A DNA stretch of 64,000 bases. Origin: Octopus vulgaris. Lineage: Eukaryota. The first letter of the stretch is position 1. Each line of letters opens with the position of its first letter. Shown here one piece after another: positions 38,521 to 51,017 of this stretch. The notes below the pieces were generated by a model. The model had not been told where the DNA came from. It saw nothing but the letters and a program-made list of their open reading frames with translations, and searched no databases. Location: contig OX597841.1 in assembly GCA_951406725.2 (NCBI GenBank), forward strand, positions 12,338,001 through 12,402,000, written 5' to 3'. A program made the translations under genes and the position numbers.

Positions 38521-38745
38521 TGAGCTGGCAGAAACGTTAGCACGCCGGGCGAAATGGTAGCCGTATTTCGTCTGCCGTTATGTTCTGAGTTCAAATTCCG
38601 CTGAGGTCGACTTTGCCTTTCATCCTTTTGGGGTCGATTAAATAAGTACCAGTTATGCACTGGGGTCGATATAATCGACTTAATCCGTTTGTCTGTCCTG
38701 GTTTGTCCTCTCTGTGTTTAGCCCCTTGTGGGTAGTAAAGAAATG
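38521..38745 (+). mobile_element. SINE family B
   Basis: GAGCTGGCAGAAACGTTAGCACGCCGGGCGAAATG..GAGTTCAAATTCC..; near-identical to 46480-46710. Confidence 0.85.
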
Positions 38746-38818
38746 CATATTTGTTTTGTGTGTGTGTGGTCCCTTCTGGAAAGAAATCAAAACAATAAAA
38801 CTGATGTTGGTGTTGTAG

Positions 38819-38947
38819 GACAGTCCTCCATCTCTCAACCAAACCCGCAAGGCCAAAGAATCGAACCCTGATGGTGGTAAAGATGGTCTTGCCTACACCT
38901 GTCTCCTAAAGAACGAACTCCTCTCGGCTGGGATTGAAGATATCAAG
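38819..38947 (+). CDS. FZR1: FZR1 coding exon 3
   Basis: DSPPSLNQTRKAKESNPDGGKDGLAYTCLLKNELLSAGIEDIK; tag|...|gttggt; not in the ORF track. Confidence 0.95.
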
Positions 38948-39205
38948 GTTGGTCGCTTTCTTTGTTATTGTTGAACCTCGTCACCTTCTTCGAAGTGGGT
39001 GATGCCTTTCCTTTCCAATCTTCCATAAAAGAAAAAAATGTCCAGCCATAGTGAAATTATTACCTTGGTTGGAAACAGATGAGGGTTGGAAGCAGGAAAG
39101 GCACCCAGCTGTAGTAAAATCTGCTTCAATAAATTACATTTGGCCCCTTCCATAATTATTGTTATCAATAATAATAATATTTGTCTTGTTTGTATCTTGT
39201 TGCAG

Positions 39206-39265
39206 GACCAACAACCTGATGACCGAAGAATTCTTGTTCCTAAGGAGAGTCGTAACTTGTTCAAG
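39206..39265 (+). CDS. FZR1: FZR1 coding exon 4
   Basis: DQQPDDRRILVPKESRNLFK; tgcag|...|gtaatt. Confidence 0.92.
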
Positions 39266-39509
39266 GTAATTGCACCTGGAATAACTTCTGCTAGAAATAA
39301 CAGTTAAATTGCATTCTACTTTCTTGTAAATGAAAGACACATTAGATAATGTAATCTTAGATACACTATGTCTGAATAAAACATGGGTTGGTCATGGGTG
39401 GAACATCTTTGATCATAAGTCTGTGGGATCAAAACTGACCTGGGGTTAAACAACCCCACACCTCCCTCTATTATGTCTTGAGTGATGTCCTTCTTTTTCT
39501 ACATTGCAG

Positions 39510-39611
39510 TATTATGTTCCCCGGCGCAGTCCTGACGCTGCAGATTCGTCTCCTTATTCTCTCTCCCCTGTCGGAAGTAAAAGTCAAAAGCTGCTGCGTT
39601 CACCTCGGAAG
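39510..39611 (+). CDS. FZR1: FZR1 coding exon 5
   Basis: YYVPRRSPDAADSSPYSLSPVGSKSQKLLRSPRK (conserved SPYSLSPV, KLLR, SPRK); tgcag|...|gtaagt. Confidence 0.95.
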
Positions 39612-39663
39612 GTAAGTCCAACGCTGTGTCATTTACAGTTTGACCCTACATGTGTATGAATAT

Positions 39664-39716
<53 letters not shown>

Positions 39717-39718
39717 AT

Positions 39719-39919
39719 TTAGGGCTAAAAAACCACTAGGTGGATAGCCATATGCTAGAAGAAGATCACATATGATCTAACTACAAAGAAAGAATGTTCT
39801 CCAGAGAAAATTCTGGTGTTCGCTGAATTTTCTCTGGAGAACATTCTTTCTTTGTAGTTAGATCATATGTGATCTTCTTCTAGCATATGGCTATCCACCT
39901 AGTGGTTTTTTAGCCCTAA
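39719..39919. repeat. Perfect 95-bp-arm inverted repeat with 11-nt loop
   Basis: 39719-39813 is the exact reverse complement of 39825-39919; a single arm also occurs at ~5683-5787. Confidence 0.9.
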
Positions 39920-40186
39920 GTATACACATGTATTGAAATTTTTTCTGCTTTTCAGATTATTTATATGCTAGGCTACTGGTTTTAAATTGATATTAATTAA
40001 ATTAATATTCAATTTATCTCCCTCATTATTTAAATATATATATATATGTATGTATAATAGGAAATGCATCCGTTATGTAAGACTTTCTTTGGTTAAAACA
40101 TTTCAAAATTCTGGTAACATCTCCATTGATGTTACTAAAGTGTTACTCGATGTTGTGTTCAACTCTCTCTCTCTCTCCTCAAACAG

Positions 40187-40342
40187 GCCATGAGAAAGAT
40201 ATCAAAAATTCCCTTCAAGGTTCTTGATGCCCCAGAACTCCAAGACGATTTCTATTTGAATTTAGTCGACTGGTCATCACAGAATGTTCTTAGTGTCGGT
40301 TTAGGCACTTGTGTTTATTTGTGGAGTGCATGTACTAGCCAG
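40187..40342 (+). CDS. FZR1: FZR1 coding exon 6
   Basis: [52 protein letters not shown]; acag|...|gtaagt. Confidence 0.97.
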
Positions 40343-41211
40343 GTAAGTGACCCTCTTTTGTCTGTGTGTATATATATATATATATATATAATGTGTGCAC
40401 AACACAGTTTATTAAAAAATCTAAGAGAAAGTAAAACAAGAGTTTTCAAGTCTTTTGCTGTGGAACTTAAAACCGATATAAATACATCTGGTTGTTCTCT
40501 TCATACACAAAAAATAAAGGAGATTGCTCTGGTCTTAGAATGACCTTATAGTAAATAGCCATTTATATTAAGTAGAAACTGGAATTCACTTGTCATTGCT
40601 AGGCTAATTTGCATAGGAGACATTGGGGCAGGGGCAGGATTGATTATTTATGTAAAGCACTGTGTGAGAAACGTTTAATATTTGTGACAGATGAGACAAC
40701 AGAGTGCAATAGGTATAGGTGCACAGTCCTGGTGCACTGTGGAAATGGTGAATGCTGCTGCTGCTACTACTACTACTACTACTTATTATTATTATTATTA
40801 TTATTATTATAGTGACATTTTGTTTGTTTTTGTTCTTAGTTCAAATTCCATCAAGGTTGACTTTGGCCTCAATCTAAAGGACCAAAGGCCAAATTCCAGA
40901 CTTTGTGTCTATTGTAGAATGGATATTTATTATTATTGTTATTATAAAGGTAGAGAGTTGGCAGAATCGTTAGCATGTTGGACGAAATGCTTAGCAGTAT
41001 TTCGTCTGTCTTCATGTTCTGAATTCAGATGCCACCAGGGTTGACTTTGCCTTTCATCCTTTTGGGCTTGATAAATGAAGTACCAGTTATGTACTGGTAT
41101 CAATATTAATTGACTTAATCCCTTCCCCCCAAATTTGAGGCCTTGTGTTTCCAGGAGAAAGGATTATTATTATTAAACACTGGAATTTGTGCCAACAGAA
41201 TAATGGTGGTA

Positions 41212-41527
41212 CAGGTACTGAACCTCTTATCTGGCAACCTTGGGACCAGAGGTGGTCTGGATTTCTGGACACAGGCTATATATACTGAAAATATAAAATA
41301 AACAATGTAAAGTAAAAAACAAAATTGTATAACATACAAATGAATACATTTCTAAAGTAGGGTCTGTTTCATTTTTATTAAGCCCCTTAAAATTCTTTAA
41401 ACTGAAACTAAGCAGCCGCATGGGGAACTACTACAGCCCATGAAATTCAAAGTTTGCCAGTTTCAAAAATTACCGGATTACTAGTAATTCCAGATTTCTG
41501 GATTCTGGATAAGAGGTTTGGTACCTG
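41212..41527. mobile_element. Tc1/mariner(pogo)-type MITE
   Basis: TA|CAGGTACTGAACCTCTTATC...GATAAGAGGTTTGGTACCTG|TA: ~23-bp imperfect TIRs with TA TSD. Confidence 0.8.
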
Positions 41528-42184
41528 TACAAGCAAATCCAGAAAAGGGGTCAGAAAAATGCTAAAGCCACCATACTCTGAAACACATCAATGCAAATAG
41601 ACTGCGAGATAAGGCTAACTGACCAGATATTGTTGTCAGGGACAACTGGAGAAAATTGCTTCCTAATCATCATATCTGTTCCAAAAGAAAATGTATCGGA
41701 GAAATTATCTAAACACAAAGATCTGAAAATAGAGACAACATGAATCTGGAGATCTGAAAACAAACAATCCCTATAATAGTGATTTGGGTATGGTCAGAAA
41801 ACTCGCCGACAAATACATAACCAAAACCCCAGGACTTATATATATATATATATAACCCACAGAAAACAGCATTGCTAGGCATCGTGCATGGCCAAGGCAC
41901 ACAGAGCTGTGCTTGGTAGTGCAATGAAAGCACATATTCACTATAAGACTACTGAATAATGATAATGATGATGATAATCCTTTCTACTAAAGGCACAAGG
42001 CCTGAAATTTTCAGGGAAGGGGTAAGTTGATTTCATTGACCCCAGTGGTTGACTGGTACTTATTTTATTGACCTCAAGAGGATGAAAGGCAAAGTTGACC
42101 TCAGCTGAATTTGAACTCAGAATGTGAAGAAGGACAAAATTCTGCTAAGCATTTCGGCCGGTATGCTAACAATTCTGCCAGCTT

Positions 42185-42790
42185 ACCGCAACAGAGTGGC
42201 CCAAAACCTCCACTGGCCACTCTGCCGTAAGTATGGGTATGAGGTTATGGGTGCTTGGTACCAACATACACCAGAAAAGGTAATGGATGAAAAGGAGAAG
42301 GTAAAAATCGTCTGGGACTTTGATTTCCAGACAGACAAGGTGTTAGAGCCCCGAAAGCCGGATATAGTAACCCTTAAGAGGAATGACAAACAAAAGTGCC
42401 TAATAATTGACGTGGTGGTGTCAGGAGATGAACACATCATCATGAAAGAAAGAGAGAAAAGGTTGATAAATATGGAGACCTGAGAATTGAGTTCACTAAG
42501 ATGTGGCAGCTACGAGAGTCAAACAAAGGTTATCCCTATTGTGAACCAAGCATTGGGTTCAATACCTCCCAACCTGAAAAAACATCTGAAAACCTTAGAA
42601 ATACCCTACAATCTAGATGTATTGCAAAAGTTGGCATTACTTGGAACTGCATGCATATTGCATAAAGTACTGTCTGTTTGGGGTCCTTGTTGTGACTTGG
42701 CAAACAGTGCAAACCCTCAACAGACACAATATCTTCAATCAACAACCTCACGATATTGTATACTGTGCAACCTCTGTAATAATAAATAAT
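42185..42790 (+). mobile_element. R4/Dong-like retrotransposon 3' fragment (frameshifted)
   Basis: LHWPLCRKYG..WYQHTPEKV..WDFDFQTDKVLEPRKPDIV..IIDV; VIPIV..ALG..LQKLALLGT; (TAA)n end; an older relative lies at ~41550-41960. Confidence 0.85.
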
Positions 42791-43414
42791 TATCCTTTTT
42801 ACTCTAGGCACAAGGCCTGAAATTTGGGGGAGGGTGGGGTCTAGTTGATTACCTACCTTGACCCCAGTGTTTTGCTGGTACTTAATTTATTGATCCCCAA
42901 AATGATGAAAGGCAAAGTCGACCTCAGTGGAATTTGAACTCAGAATATAGCGATGGATGAAATACCATCAAGCATTTCGTCCAACATGTGAATGCTTCTG
43001 CCTTAAATAATAATAATAATAATAATAATAAATAGTGGCTTCAATTTTTTGCACAAGGGGAGCAGTTTCAGGGGTTCAGGGTCCCATTCACCTCTTCAGT
43101 ATATGTCTCTGATACTTTATTTTATTGCCAATATATGAAAGGCAAAGTTCACCCAGGTGGAAATTGAACTCGGAACTAAACAGCTGGAAGAAATGCCTCT
43201 AAGCATTCTGTCTGACCCTTGTTAGACATTCTACCAGCTTACTACTACTACTACTAATAATAATAATGATAATAATCCTTTCCACAGGAAGCGCAAAGCC
43301 TCAAATTTGGGGGAAGGAATTAATCTGATTACATCGACCCCAGTGTGTAACTGGTACTTATTTAATTGACCCCAGCAGAATGATAATAATTGTTTGTTGT
43401 TGTTGTTGTTGTAG

Positions 43415-43480
43415 GTGACACGGCTTTGTGACCTGGCTTCTGATGGTGATTCTGTAACAGCTGTATCTTGGGCTGAAAGG
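43415..43480 (+). CDS. FZR1: FZR1 coding exon 7
   Basis: VTRLCDLASDGDSVTAVSWAER; gtag|...|gtgagt. Confidence 0.96.
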
Positions 43481-43891
43481 GTGAGTTTCATCATCATCAC
43501 TATCATCCTCCTTCTCTCCCTCTTCAACATCCTCATCTTCCCCTCCTTTTCCTCCTCAGCATCCTCACCTTCCCCTCCACTTCTTCCTCAGCTTCCCCTC
43601 CTCTCCCTCTTCAGCCTCCTCATCTTCCCCTCCTTCTCCTCTTGCTACTCCCCTACCCCTTGTCTCTCCTCTTGCTCCTCCCCTTCCTCCTCATCTGCCC
43701 CTCTCTTTCTCTTCCTAATCATCATCACTTCCACCTCTCTTTCTCTTGTTATGTGTGTGATTGCATATGACATTTGCTTGCTGTGTGTTTGCGTGTGGTG
43801 TGTGTGTGTGTGTGAGAGATGTATAATATATATGTCTCCCCCCCCTCGCTTCACCCATGTCTTTCAGGGTGTTTTTTTGTTTCTGTTGTAG

Positions 43892-43994
43892 GGTCATCTG
43901 GTTGCCGTGGGAACCCACAAAGGTTATGTCCAGATTTGGGATGTAACTGCAAACAAGAAAATCAACACACTGGAAGGTCACACAGCTCGCGTTG
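43892..43994 (+). CDS. FZR1: FZR1 coding exon 8
   Basis: GHLVAVGTHKGYVQIWDVTANKKINTLEGHTARV plus 1 nt; tag|...|gtaagt. Confidence 0.96.
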
Positions 43995-44214
43995 GTAAGT
44001 GGAAGGGTTTGAGTTCAATACTTACCGGGGCCAGGGGTGGGTTAGTGAGTCTGCTAGAAATAGCAGCCAGATGTCCATCGAACTGCATACTGCAGCATTA
44101 CCGTATCTGTGTCAACACCACACTACACACTACTGACACGACAATAACAAAGGAGGAGGTCACATCAGATTATGTAGTCCTAGATACACTATGCCTGTTT
44201 TTGTTTCGTTTCAG

Positions 44215-44336
44215 GAGCATTGGCTTGGAATGCTGACATACTGTCTTCTGGCAGTAGAGACCGTCTGATCCTTCAAAGAGATATACGCACCCCTTCTTTA
44301 GCCCCAGAGAGAAAGTTGACTGGACACAGGCAAGAG
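44215..44336 (+). CDS. FZR1: FZR1 coding exon 9
   Basis: (G)ALAWNADILSSGSRDRLILQRDIRTPSLAPERKLTGHRQE; tcag|...|gtaatt. Confidence 0.96.
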
Positions 44337-44974
44337 GTAATTATTTTGGGTCATCAGTGCCCCTTCTGCATTCATCCCAGTCCCTGTCTCTCTCTATCCA
44401 CCTGTTCCCCTTTTCCATCCCTCTTGACCATTTCTCTCTTATTCACCTTCTTCTTGCTTTTCTGGCTGCAGTGGCCATGTATTTCCTCTTGTGTGAGACA
44501 CCTGGACCTGTCCCTTTTTTTTTATACTGACCCCTTTTCTTCACTTCTCTCAGTGCTACTCCTCACTTCAGTGAAGGGGATTTCTGTCTTGCAAATTACT
44601 TGGTAACCTCATTAATTGCTGGTGCCACATAAAAAGCACCCAGCACCCTTTGAGAGGTGGTGGGCATTAGGAAGGGCAACCAGCCATTGAAATCCTACCA
44701 AAGTAAACATTGGGACTTGGCACAGTCCTTTGGCTTGTTGGATCCTTTCGAACCATCCAACCCATGCCAGCATGGAAAAGAGACAAGGTAATCAAATCAT
44801 TTCTCTTTGATGTTTTAATTAACAAGACAATGATATCGCCATCGCCATTGTCGTTTGCATGGGTCAAATGAAAGTTTTTTGTGGCTGGATGCTCTTCCTA
44901 GCATGAATCCCCGTCTCGACTCAGACCAAGTGATAATATCCCAGTCTATTGAACAACCCAGACATGTTTTATGT

Positions 44975-45440
44975 TAGTTAGTTAATTTTTGGCTCAAAAA
45001 GCAAAAAGCAAGGCCATGTAGGGGGACATGGAGTTATGTACAGGGTGGTGTTCATGTAAAGAGTTCAGGCCACTTGAGGTCAAGGGAGACTTTGAAGCGA
45101 GCGATCGTCGGCATCTTCACTATCTCGTCCGGCAGCTTATTCCACGGATCCGCAACCCGGACGGAGAAAGCCCCTCTCCTTCGATTGAGATGAAATCGTC
45201 GCAGATAGAGCTTTTTGGAGTGACCCCGCAGCCGACGCTCTGGAGCAGGAGTGAAGAACAGCTCTTTCGAGAGGTTACACTTTCCGCTTATGATGTTGTG
45301 AGCAAGAGTGAGATCTCCACAGCGTCGTCGTTTTTCTAGAGAATAAAGGTCGAGCGTCTTCAGCCTTTCTTTATAAGACAAATTCTTGAGACCAAGAACC
45401 ATGCGGGTAGCCAGCTTCTGGACTCTTTCGAGATGCTGAC
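44975..45440 (-). mobile_element. CR1-like LINE 3' fragment (second family)
   Basis: SYKERLKTLDLYSLEKRRRCGDL..RLRGH..WNKLP; sister copy at 53697-54112. Confidence 0.85.
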
Positions 45441-46479
45441 ACCTTATGGATGAACCTTTTGTTTACAAAGAAAGTACAACATGTGAAGACACGTTGAGAA
45501 GCTTAGTGTGCTTCCATGGTGGACAGCAAGCGAATGATTTCGTTAGTGAAGCCAATGTTAATGACCAGTAAGTAATTAAGAGAAATACGAAAATCATTCA
45601 CACATGCACACACCTGTCTGTCTGTCTCGCTAAAAGACAGGCTTCCATACAGTTTCCATCTACCAGATTCACTTACAAGGTTTTGGTCCGCCCTGGGGCT
45701 GTAGTAAAAGGCCTGAGCCTGAAGCTCCATGGTTAGAAAAAATAACCTTGTTGACCAAACAGCCACCATGCCTGCACCTACTGAAATGAACACAATTATA
45801 TTAACGAACAATGTTTCTTTTATATTCATTAATTTCTACTGTTTTGTGGGTGCGTGGCCTTGGGGGGTTCGGGTGGTGCACTCAGAATTGTGGTTTGTTT
45901 TGATCTTGAGCCAAGCCCTTCGTCTACCGTTGCTCTGCAATCACTTCAACACCTGATGCGCAGTGCATTGTGCATCTGTTCAGGTAACGTCCATTTGACG
46001 GAGGGACAGGTGAGCTTAACGTACAGCAAAGAAATCGTTTGTGCTGGTTGTTGAGTGAGGATTGGCAGAGCTGTCTACCTTGGACTACACGAGAGAGAGT
46101 ACCATCAATTGCTGCTGTTAATGTCTCCTTGTTCAGTTTTGATAATCACAAGACATCAATGAATCATCATCATCATCATTTAAAGTCCGTTTATCCATGC
46201 TGGCATGGGTTGGACAGTTTGACCAGGGTTGGTCAGCTGGAAGGCTGCACCAGACTCCAGTCTGATTTGGCAGGGTTTTCTATGTCTGGATGCCCTTCCT
46301 AACACCAACCACTCCAAAAGTGTAATGGGTGCTTTTATGTACCACCAGCACAGGTGCCACTTGCGTGACACTGGTATCTGCCACAACTGCGGTTTTGCTT
46401 GGCTTGATGGTTCTTCTTCTCAAGCAATGTCAGAGGTCTCAGTCATTGACTCCGTGAGGCCTATATTATTAAAAGTACA

Positions 46480-46710
46480 AGGCGGCGAGCTGGCAGACAC
46501 GTTAGCGCACCGGGCGAAATGTGTAGCCGTATTTCGTCTCTCGTTACGTTCTGAGTTCAAATTCCGCCGAGGTTGACTTTGCCTTTCATCCTTCCGGGGT
46601 CGATAGATAAAGTACCAGTTTTGCACTGGGGTCGATGTAATCGACTTAATCTCTTTGTCTGTCCTTGTTTGTCCTCTCTGTGTTTAGCCCCTTGTGGGCA
46701 ATAAAGAAAT
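46480..46710 (+). mobile_element. SINE family B, full length
   Basis: AGGCGGCGAGCTGGCAGA..GAGTTCAAATTCCGCC..CAATAAAGAAAT; flanked by a repeated TATATTATTAAAAGTA that may be a TSD. Confidence 0.85.
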
Positions 46711-46821
46711 ATATATTATTAAAAGTAGGCTTAAAAATGGTGTGGAGTGTTTGGACACACGGACACACCCAGAGTCTTTCTAACCAACTAAACTACTGTT
46801 GTTTTTCTTCTATTTTCCCAG

Positions 46822-47118
46822 GTCTGTGGTCTCAAGTGGTCCCCTGACCACCAACACCTGGCCTCAGGTGGCAACGATAACAAACTGTTTGTATGGAATG
46901 TGACCAGTGTGAGCCCCGTGCAGACCTACACGGAACACCTAGCAGCCGTTAAGGCCATAGCCTGGTCCCCACACCAACACGGTCTGCTGGCCAGTGGTGG
47001 AGGCACAGCTGACCGCTGTATGAGATTCTGGAACACCCTCACTGGTCAGCCCCTACAGTGTGTCGACACTGGATCACAAGTCTGTAACTTAGCCTGGTCC
47101 AAACATTCTAACGAGTTG
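46822..47118 (+). CDS. FZR1: FZR1 coding exon 10
   Basis: VCGLKWSPDHQHLASGGNDNKLFVWN...HLAAVKAIAWSPHQHGLLASGGGTADR...WSKHSNEL; ccag|...|gtaagt. Confidence 0.97.
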
Positions 47119-47445
47119 GTAAGTTCGTTTTAATTAACAACCATTTTAATTACTATCTTTTTTACCTTAACAGGTATCATCATCATCAAAGTTATCATCT
47201 TCTACACCACCCCACACACTCCCATCACCACCACCACTACTACTACCACAGCCACTTTGTACATCAACTACAACCACACCATTACTGCCATATTACCACT
47301 ACCACCACCACTACTACTACACCCCAACCACAATGCACCACCATTACGTATACACAAACACACCTATATACTACACATACATATATATATATACATACAC
47401 ACATACATAAACAGATACGTGCATATGCATATGTACACACACACA

Positions 47446-47484
<39 letters not shown>

Positions 47485-47703
47485 GCTAATAGCACCAGTA
47501 AGAAAGCCACTATGGCTGCTACCACAACACACCACCACTACCACTGCCCTCACCATCACCACTACCACAGTCATCATCACTGCCACTACCACCATCACCA
47601 CCACCACCACTACTACTACTACTGTTACTACCCCACAATACACCATGACCACCACCACTGTCACTATATTAACTTGTCTGTTGTTATATTTCTCTCTCCG
47701 CAG

Positions 47704-47808
47704 GTCAGCACCCATGGCTACTCCCAGAACCAGATTTTAGTGTGGAAATACCCAGGTCTTGTCCAGATAGCAAAACTTACCGGTCATTCCTACAGGGTCC
47801 TTTATTTG
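47704..47808 (+). CDS. FZR1: FZR1 coding exon 11
   Basis: VSTHGYSQNQILVWKYPGLVQIAKLTGHSYRVLYL; gcag|...|gtaagt. Confidence 0.97.
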
Positions 47809-48204
47809 GTAAGTGTGTTGAGGTTAAAGAACCACCCTTGGTTCAGTACAGTCCTATTGGGTGTGGGGGTAGCTCTATTCCCTGCCAAACTGAAGTTACA
47901 GTCCAGCAGCCCCTACTTGGCTGCAAGTGAGTAGGACAACTGCTTTTGACTGGTCACCATGGTGAGTGGGTGGGTGGGGGAACTGTGAGTATAGGGTTGT
48001 GTACCCCTTGAGAAGTGAAACCCCAAGCCAGATCTTTGACTGTACTGTCAGTTTGTGTGAAGCATGAGACCCCCCACATCTCCTCATGTATCTGTGGCCT
48101 TGATGTGTGTCTGTCCCTGTTTAGGGGTTGGTAATTGCTCTGAGCTTGTCAGATCTCAGGGTCTTGGTCCAAAACTTGAAATACAGGACTGGCCTTCATG
48201 AGGG

Positions 48205-48500
48205 TGAAGATGCGTGGCTTAGAGGTTAGGGTGTTTGGCTCATGATTGTAAGGACGTGAGTTCAATTCCTAGTGGCACCTTGTGTCCTTGAGCAAGACAC
48301 TTTATTTCAATTTATTGCTCCAGTCCACTCAGCTGGCAAAAATGAGTTGTACCTGTAATTCACAAGGGGCCAGCCTTGTCCCATACTGTCATGCTGAATC
48401 ACACTGAGAACTGCGTTAAGGGTATCCATGTCTGTGGAGTACTCAGCCACTTGCATGTTAATTTCACGAACAGGCTGTCCTGTTGATTGAACCACCTGGA
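48205..48500 (+). mobile_element. tRNA-derived SINE family C
   Basis: GTGGCTTAGAGGTTAGG..GAGTTCAATTCC..TTGAGCAAGACACTTTATTTC. Confidence 0.75.
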
Positions 48501-48799
48501 ATGCTCATTGCCATAACTGATGGAGGGCCAGGTGTTGTTTGTGTTGTGGAAAGAGACTGAGCTGAAATGTATCGACGAAGACCCTTAAGGGCTGTGTTTG
48601 TATATCCTAACCCTAACCCTGAATGTGTATGAGGCGGGTTAAGAAGAAAAAAAATGATGGGAGTCATACCAGAATAGAAGTGTGTGTGAGTGTAATGACA
48701 GGTGACTGTGTTTAATGAACAGAGGAAATAGTGAGGGTGACATGAGAGAACCTTGGGGGGTGGGGACAGCACTCAGATGCTTCTGTCCAAAATAAGGCT

Positions 48800-49196
48800 T
48801 ACTCTTTTACTTGTTTCAGTCATTTGACTGCGACCATGCTGGAGCACCACCTTTAGTCGAGCAAATCGACCCCGGGACTTATTCTTTGTAAGCCCAGTAC
48901 TTATTCTATCGGTCTTTTTTGCCGAACCGCTAAGTGACGGGGACATAAACACACCAGCATCGGTTGTCAAGCGATGGTGGGGAGACAAACACAGACACAC
49001 AAACATACATGCACATACATATATATACATATATACGATGGGCTTCTTTCAGTTTCCGTCTACCAAATCCACTCACAAGGCTTTGGTCAGCCCGAGGCTA
49101 TAGTAGAAGACACTTGCCCAAGGTGCCACGCAGTGGGACTGAACCCGGAACCATGTGGTTGGTAGACAAGCTACTTACCACACAGCCACTCCTGTG
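48800..49196 (-). mobile_element. SINE family A, full length
   Basis: Inverted, near-identical copy of 36669-37086. Confidence 0.9.
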
Positions 49197-50037
49197 CTTA
49201 TTTATTTATATTGTTTTTTTTCTCTTAGCTTCTAGATTTCGATGATGTGATTGTTTATTTCTAGACTGACATTGTGGGGTAAGGGTGAGAGGCCAGATCT
49301 GGTTAATGGGGTCATCTGGTTGGAAGATGCTGGTGTGTTTAATAACAGATAGATAGGACCTATGAGGAGGTGGTTCAATAGAGTGGCTGTCATACTAGAT
49401 ACAGTGGGGGGGGGGTTATTTGGTGGGGTGGTCATGGTTGATAGTGGAACAACAAAGCTTTCTCTTTCAAAGGTAATGACCTCTGGTGGGGATTGAGAGA
49501 GATTAGGGGTTTGATAGATGTGATGTGGGGGATCACTTAGGTGAGTGGCAGGGTATGGGAGGTAGTCTCTGAAATGGGACACATACTGGGATGGTAGGTA
49601 GGACCCCATAAATATAGGAACTGCTTGTGGGACCAGTGTAAAAACTGGGACTGGGGAGGGACAATTAAGGGCATTTTCTGCCCCCTAACCCCATGTGCAT
49701 GTAGTGGTGGGGTGGAGTGTTTAATAAATGTAGGGGGACTTGGGTGTGTGGTATATTGTTTGTGGAATTGTCTAGGTTTGAAGGGTCCACTGGACCTGTT
49801 TTAGGGTGGGGTGAGGATGTGAAACTTGTCTTGTGGGTTGTCCTTTCCTCTATCTCTGTCATGTGTTGGTGGAGGGTTCAATATTGGCTGATGCTAATGA
49901 CATCGCTTGCAGAAGTGAGACTGAGAGAAAGAAGTGTGTGGTGTTTGGCTGGATGGATGTTAATGTGGCCCATGGAGTGACCACCCTCTCCCAACCGTTT
50001 TCTCTGTTGTTTCCAACTGTCCCTTTCTTCATTGCAG

Positions 50038-50130
50038 GCGATGTCCCCTGATGGTGAGGCCATCGTCACAGGGGCCGGTGATGAAACACTCAGATTTTGG
50101 AATGTTTTCAGCAAAACACGTTCAACAAAG
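50038..50130 (+). CDS. FZR1: FZR1 coding exon 12
   Basis: AMSPDGEAIVTGAGDETLRFWNVFSKTRSTK; tgcag|...|gtgaga. Confidence 0.97.
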
Positions 50131-50464
50131 GTGAGAATCTAACAAAACCACTTTGATAATGCTCTGCAAAGAGCCATTTCGTTATTTGTTTTGATGTCTG
50201 TCTGTTCGTCCATGGACGAACAGTCATTTAATTGTGATCCAGGGTTTATAGCTGGATGTTGTTCCTGTCACCAACCGTCACCTGTTTTTCAAGGGAGAAA
50301 ATTTTATATTCTAATCAGTTTGTACCTGTCCCGAGGCCAGACATCCTTCAAAGTTTCATCCGAATCCATCCAGAGGTTCTTGAGATGTCTTATCCATGGA
50401 CAAACAAACAAACATGACTGGAAACAATACCTCTGCCTTCGCTAAGGCAGAAGTAATAATAATA

Positions 50465-50981
50465 ATCATCATCATCATCATCATCGTTTAACATCCGTTT
50501 TCCGCACTAGCACAGGTTGGACGGTTCGACCGGGGATCTGGGAAGTCAGGGGCTGCACCAGGCTCCAGTCTGATCTGGCAGTGTTTCTACAGCTGGATGC
50601 CCTTCCTAACGCCAACCACTCTGCGAGTGTAGTGGGTGCTTTTAACGTGCCACCGGCACAGGTGCCAGGAGAGTCTGGCATTGGCCACGATCGGTTGGTG
50701 CTTTTAATGTGCCACCAGCACGGAAGCCAGTCAAAGCGGCGCTGGCATCGGCCACGTTTGGATGGTCCTTTTTATGTGCCACCGGCACAGAAGCCAGTCG
50801 AGGCGGCGCTGGCATTGGCCATGTTCGGATGGTGCTTTTTACATGCCACCGGCGCAGAAGCCAGTCAAGGCGGCGCTGGCATTGGCCACATTCGGATGGT
50901 GCTTTTTATGTGCCACCGGCACAGAAGCCAGTCGAGGCGGCGCTGGCATCGGCCACGTTCGGATGGTGCTTTTTATGTGCC
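50465..50981 (-). mobile_element. RTE 3' UTR with ~67-bp tandem array
   Basis: TGCC(ACC) unit starts at 50648, 50710, 50777, 50844, 50911 and 50978. Confidence 0.85.

Positions 50982-51013
<32 letters not shown>

Positions 51014-51017
<4 letters not shown>

Noticed and set aside
47257-47700. Histidine-rich protein region
   Set aside because: Intronic (CAC/CAT/TAC)n repeats upstream of the true acceptor at 47703.
50640-50981. CRISPR-like repeat array (also 1-680)
   Set aside because: Units are contiguous tandem copies without unique spacers, there are no cas genes, and the context is eukaryotic.
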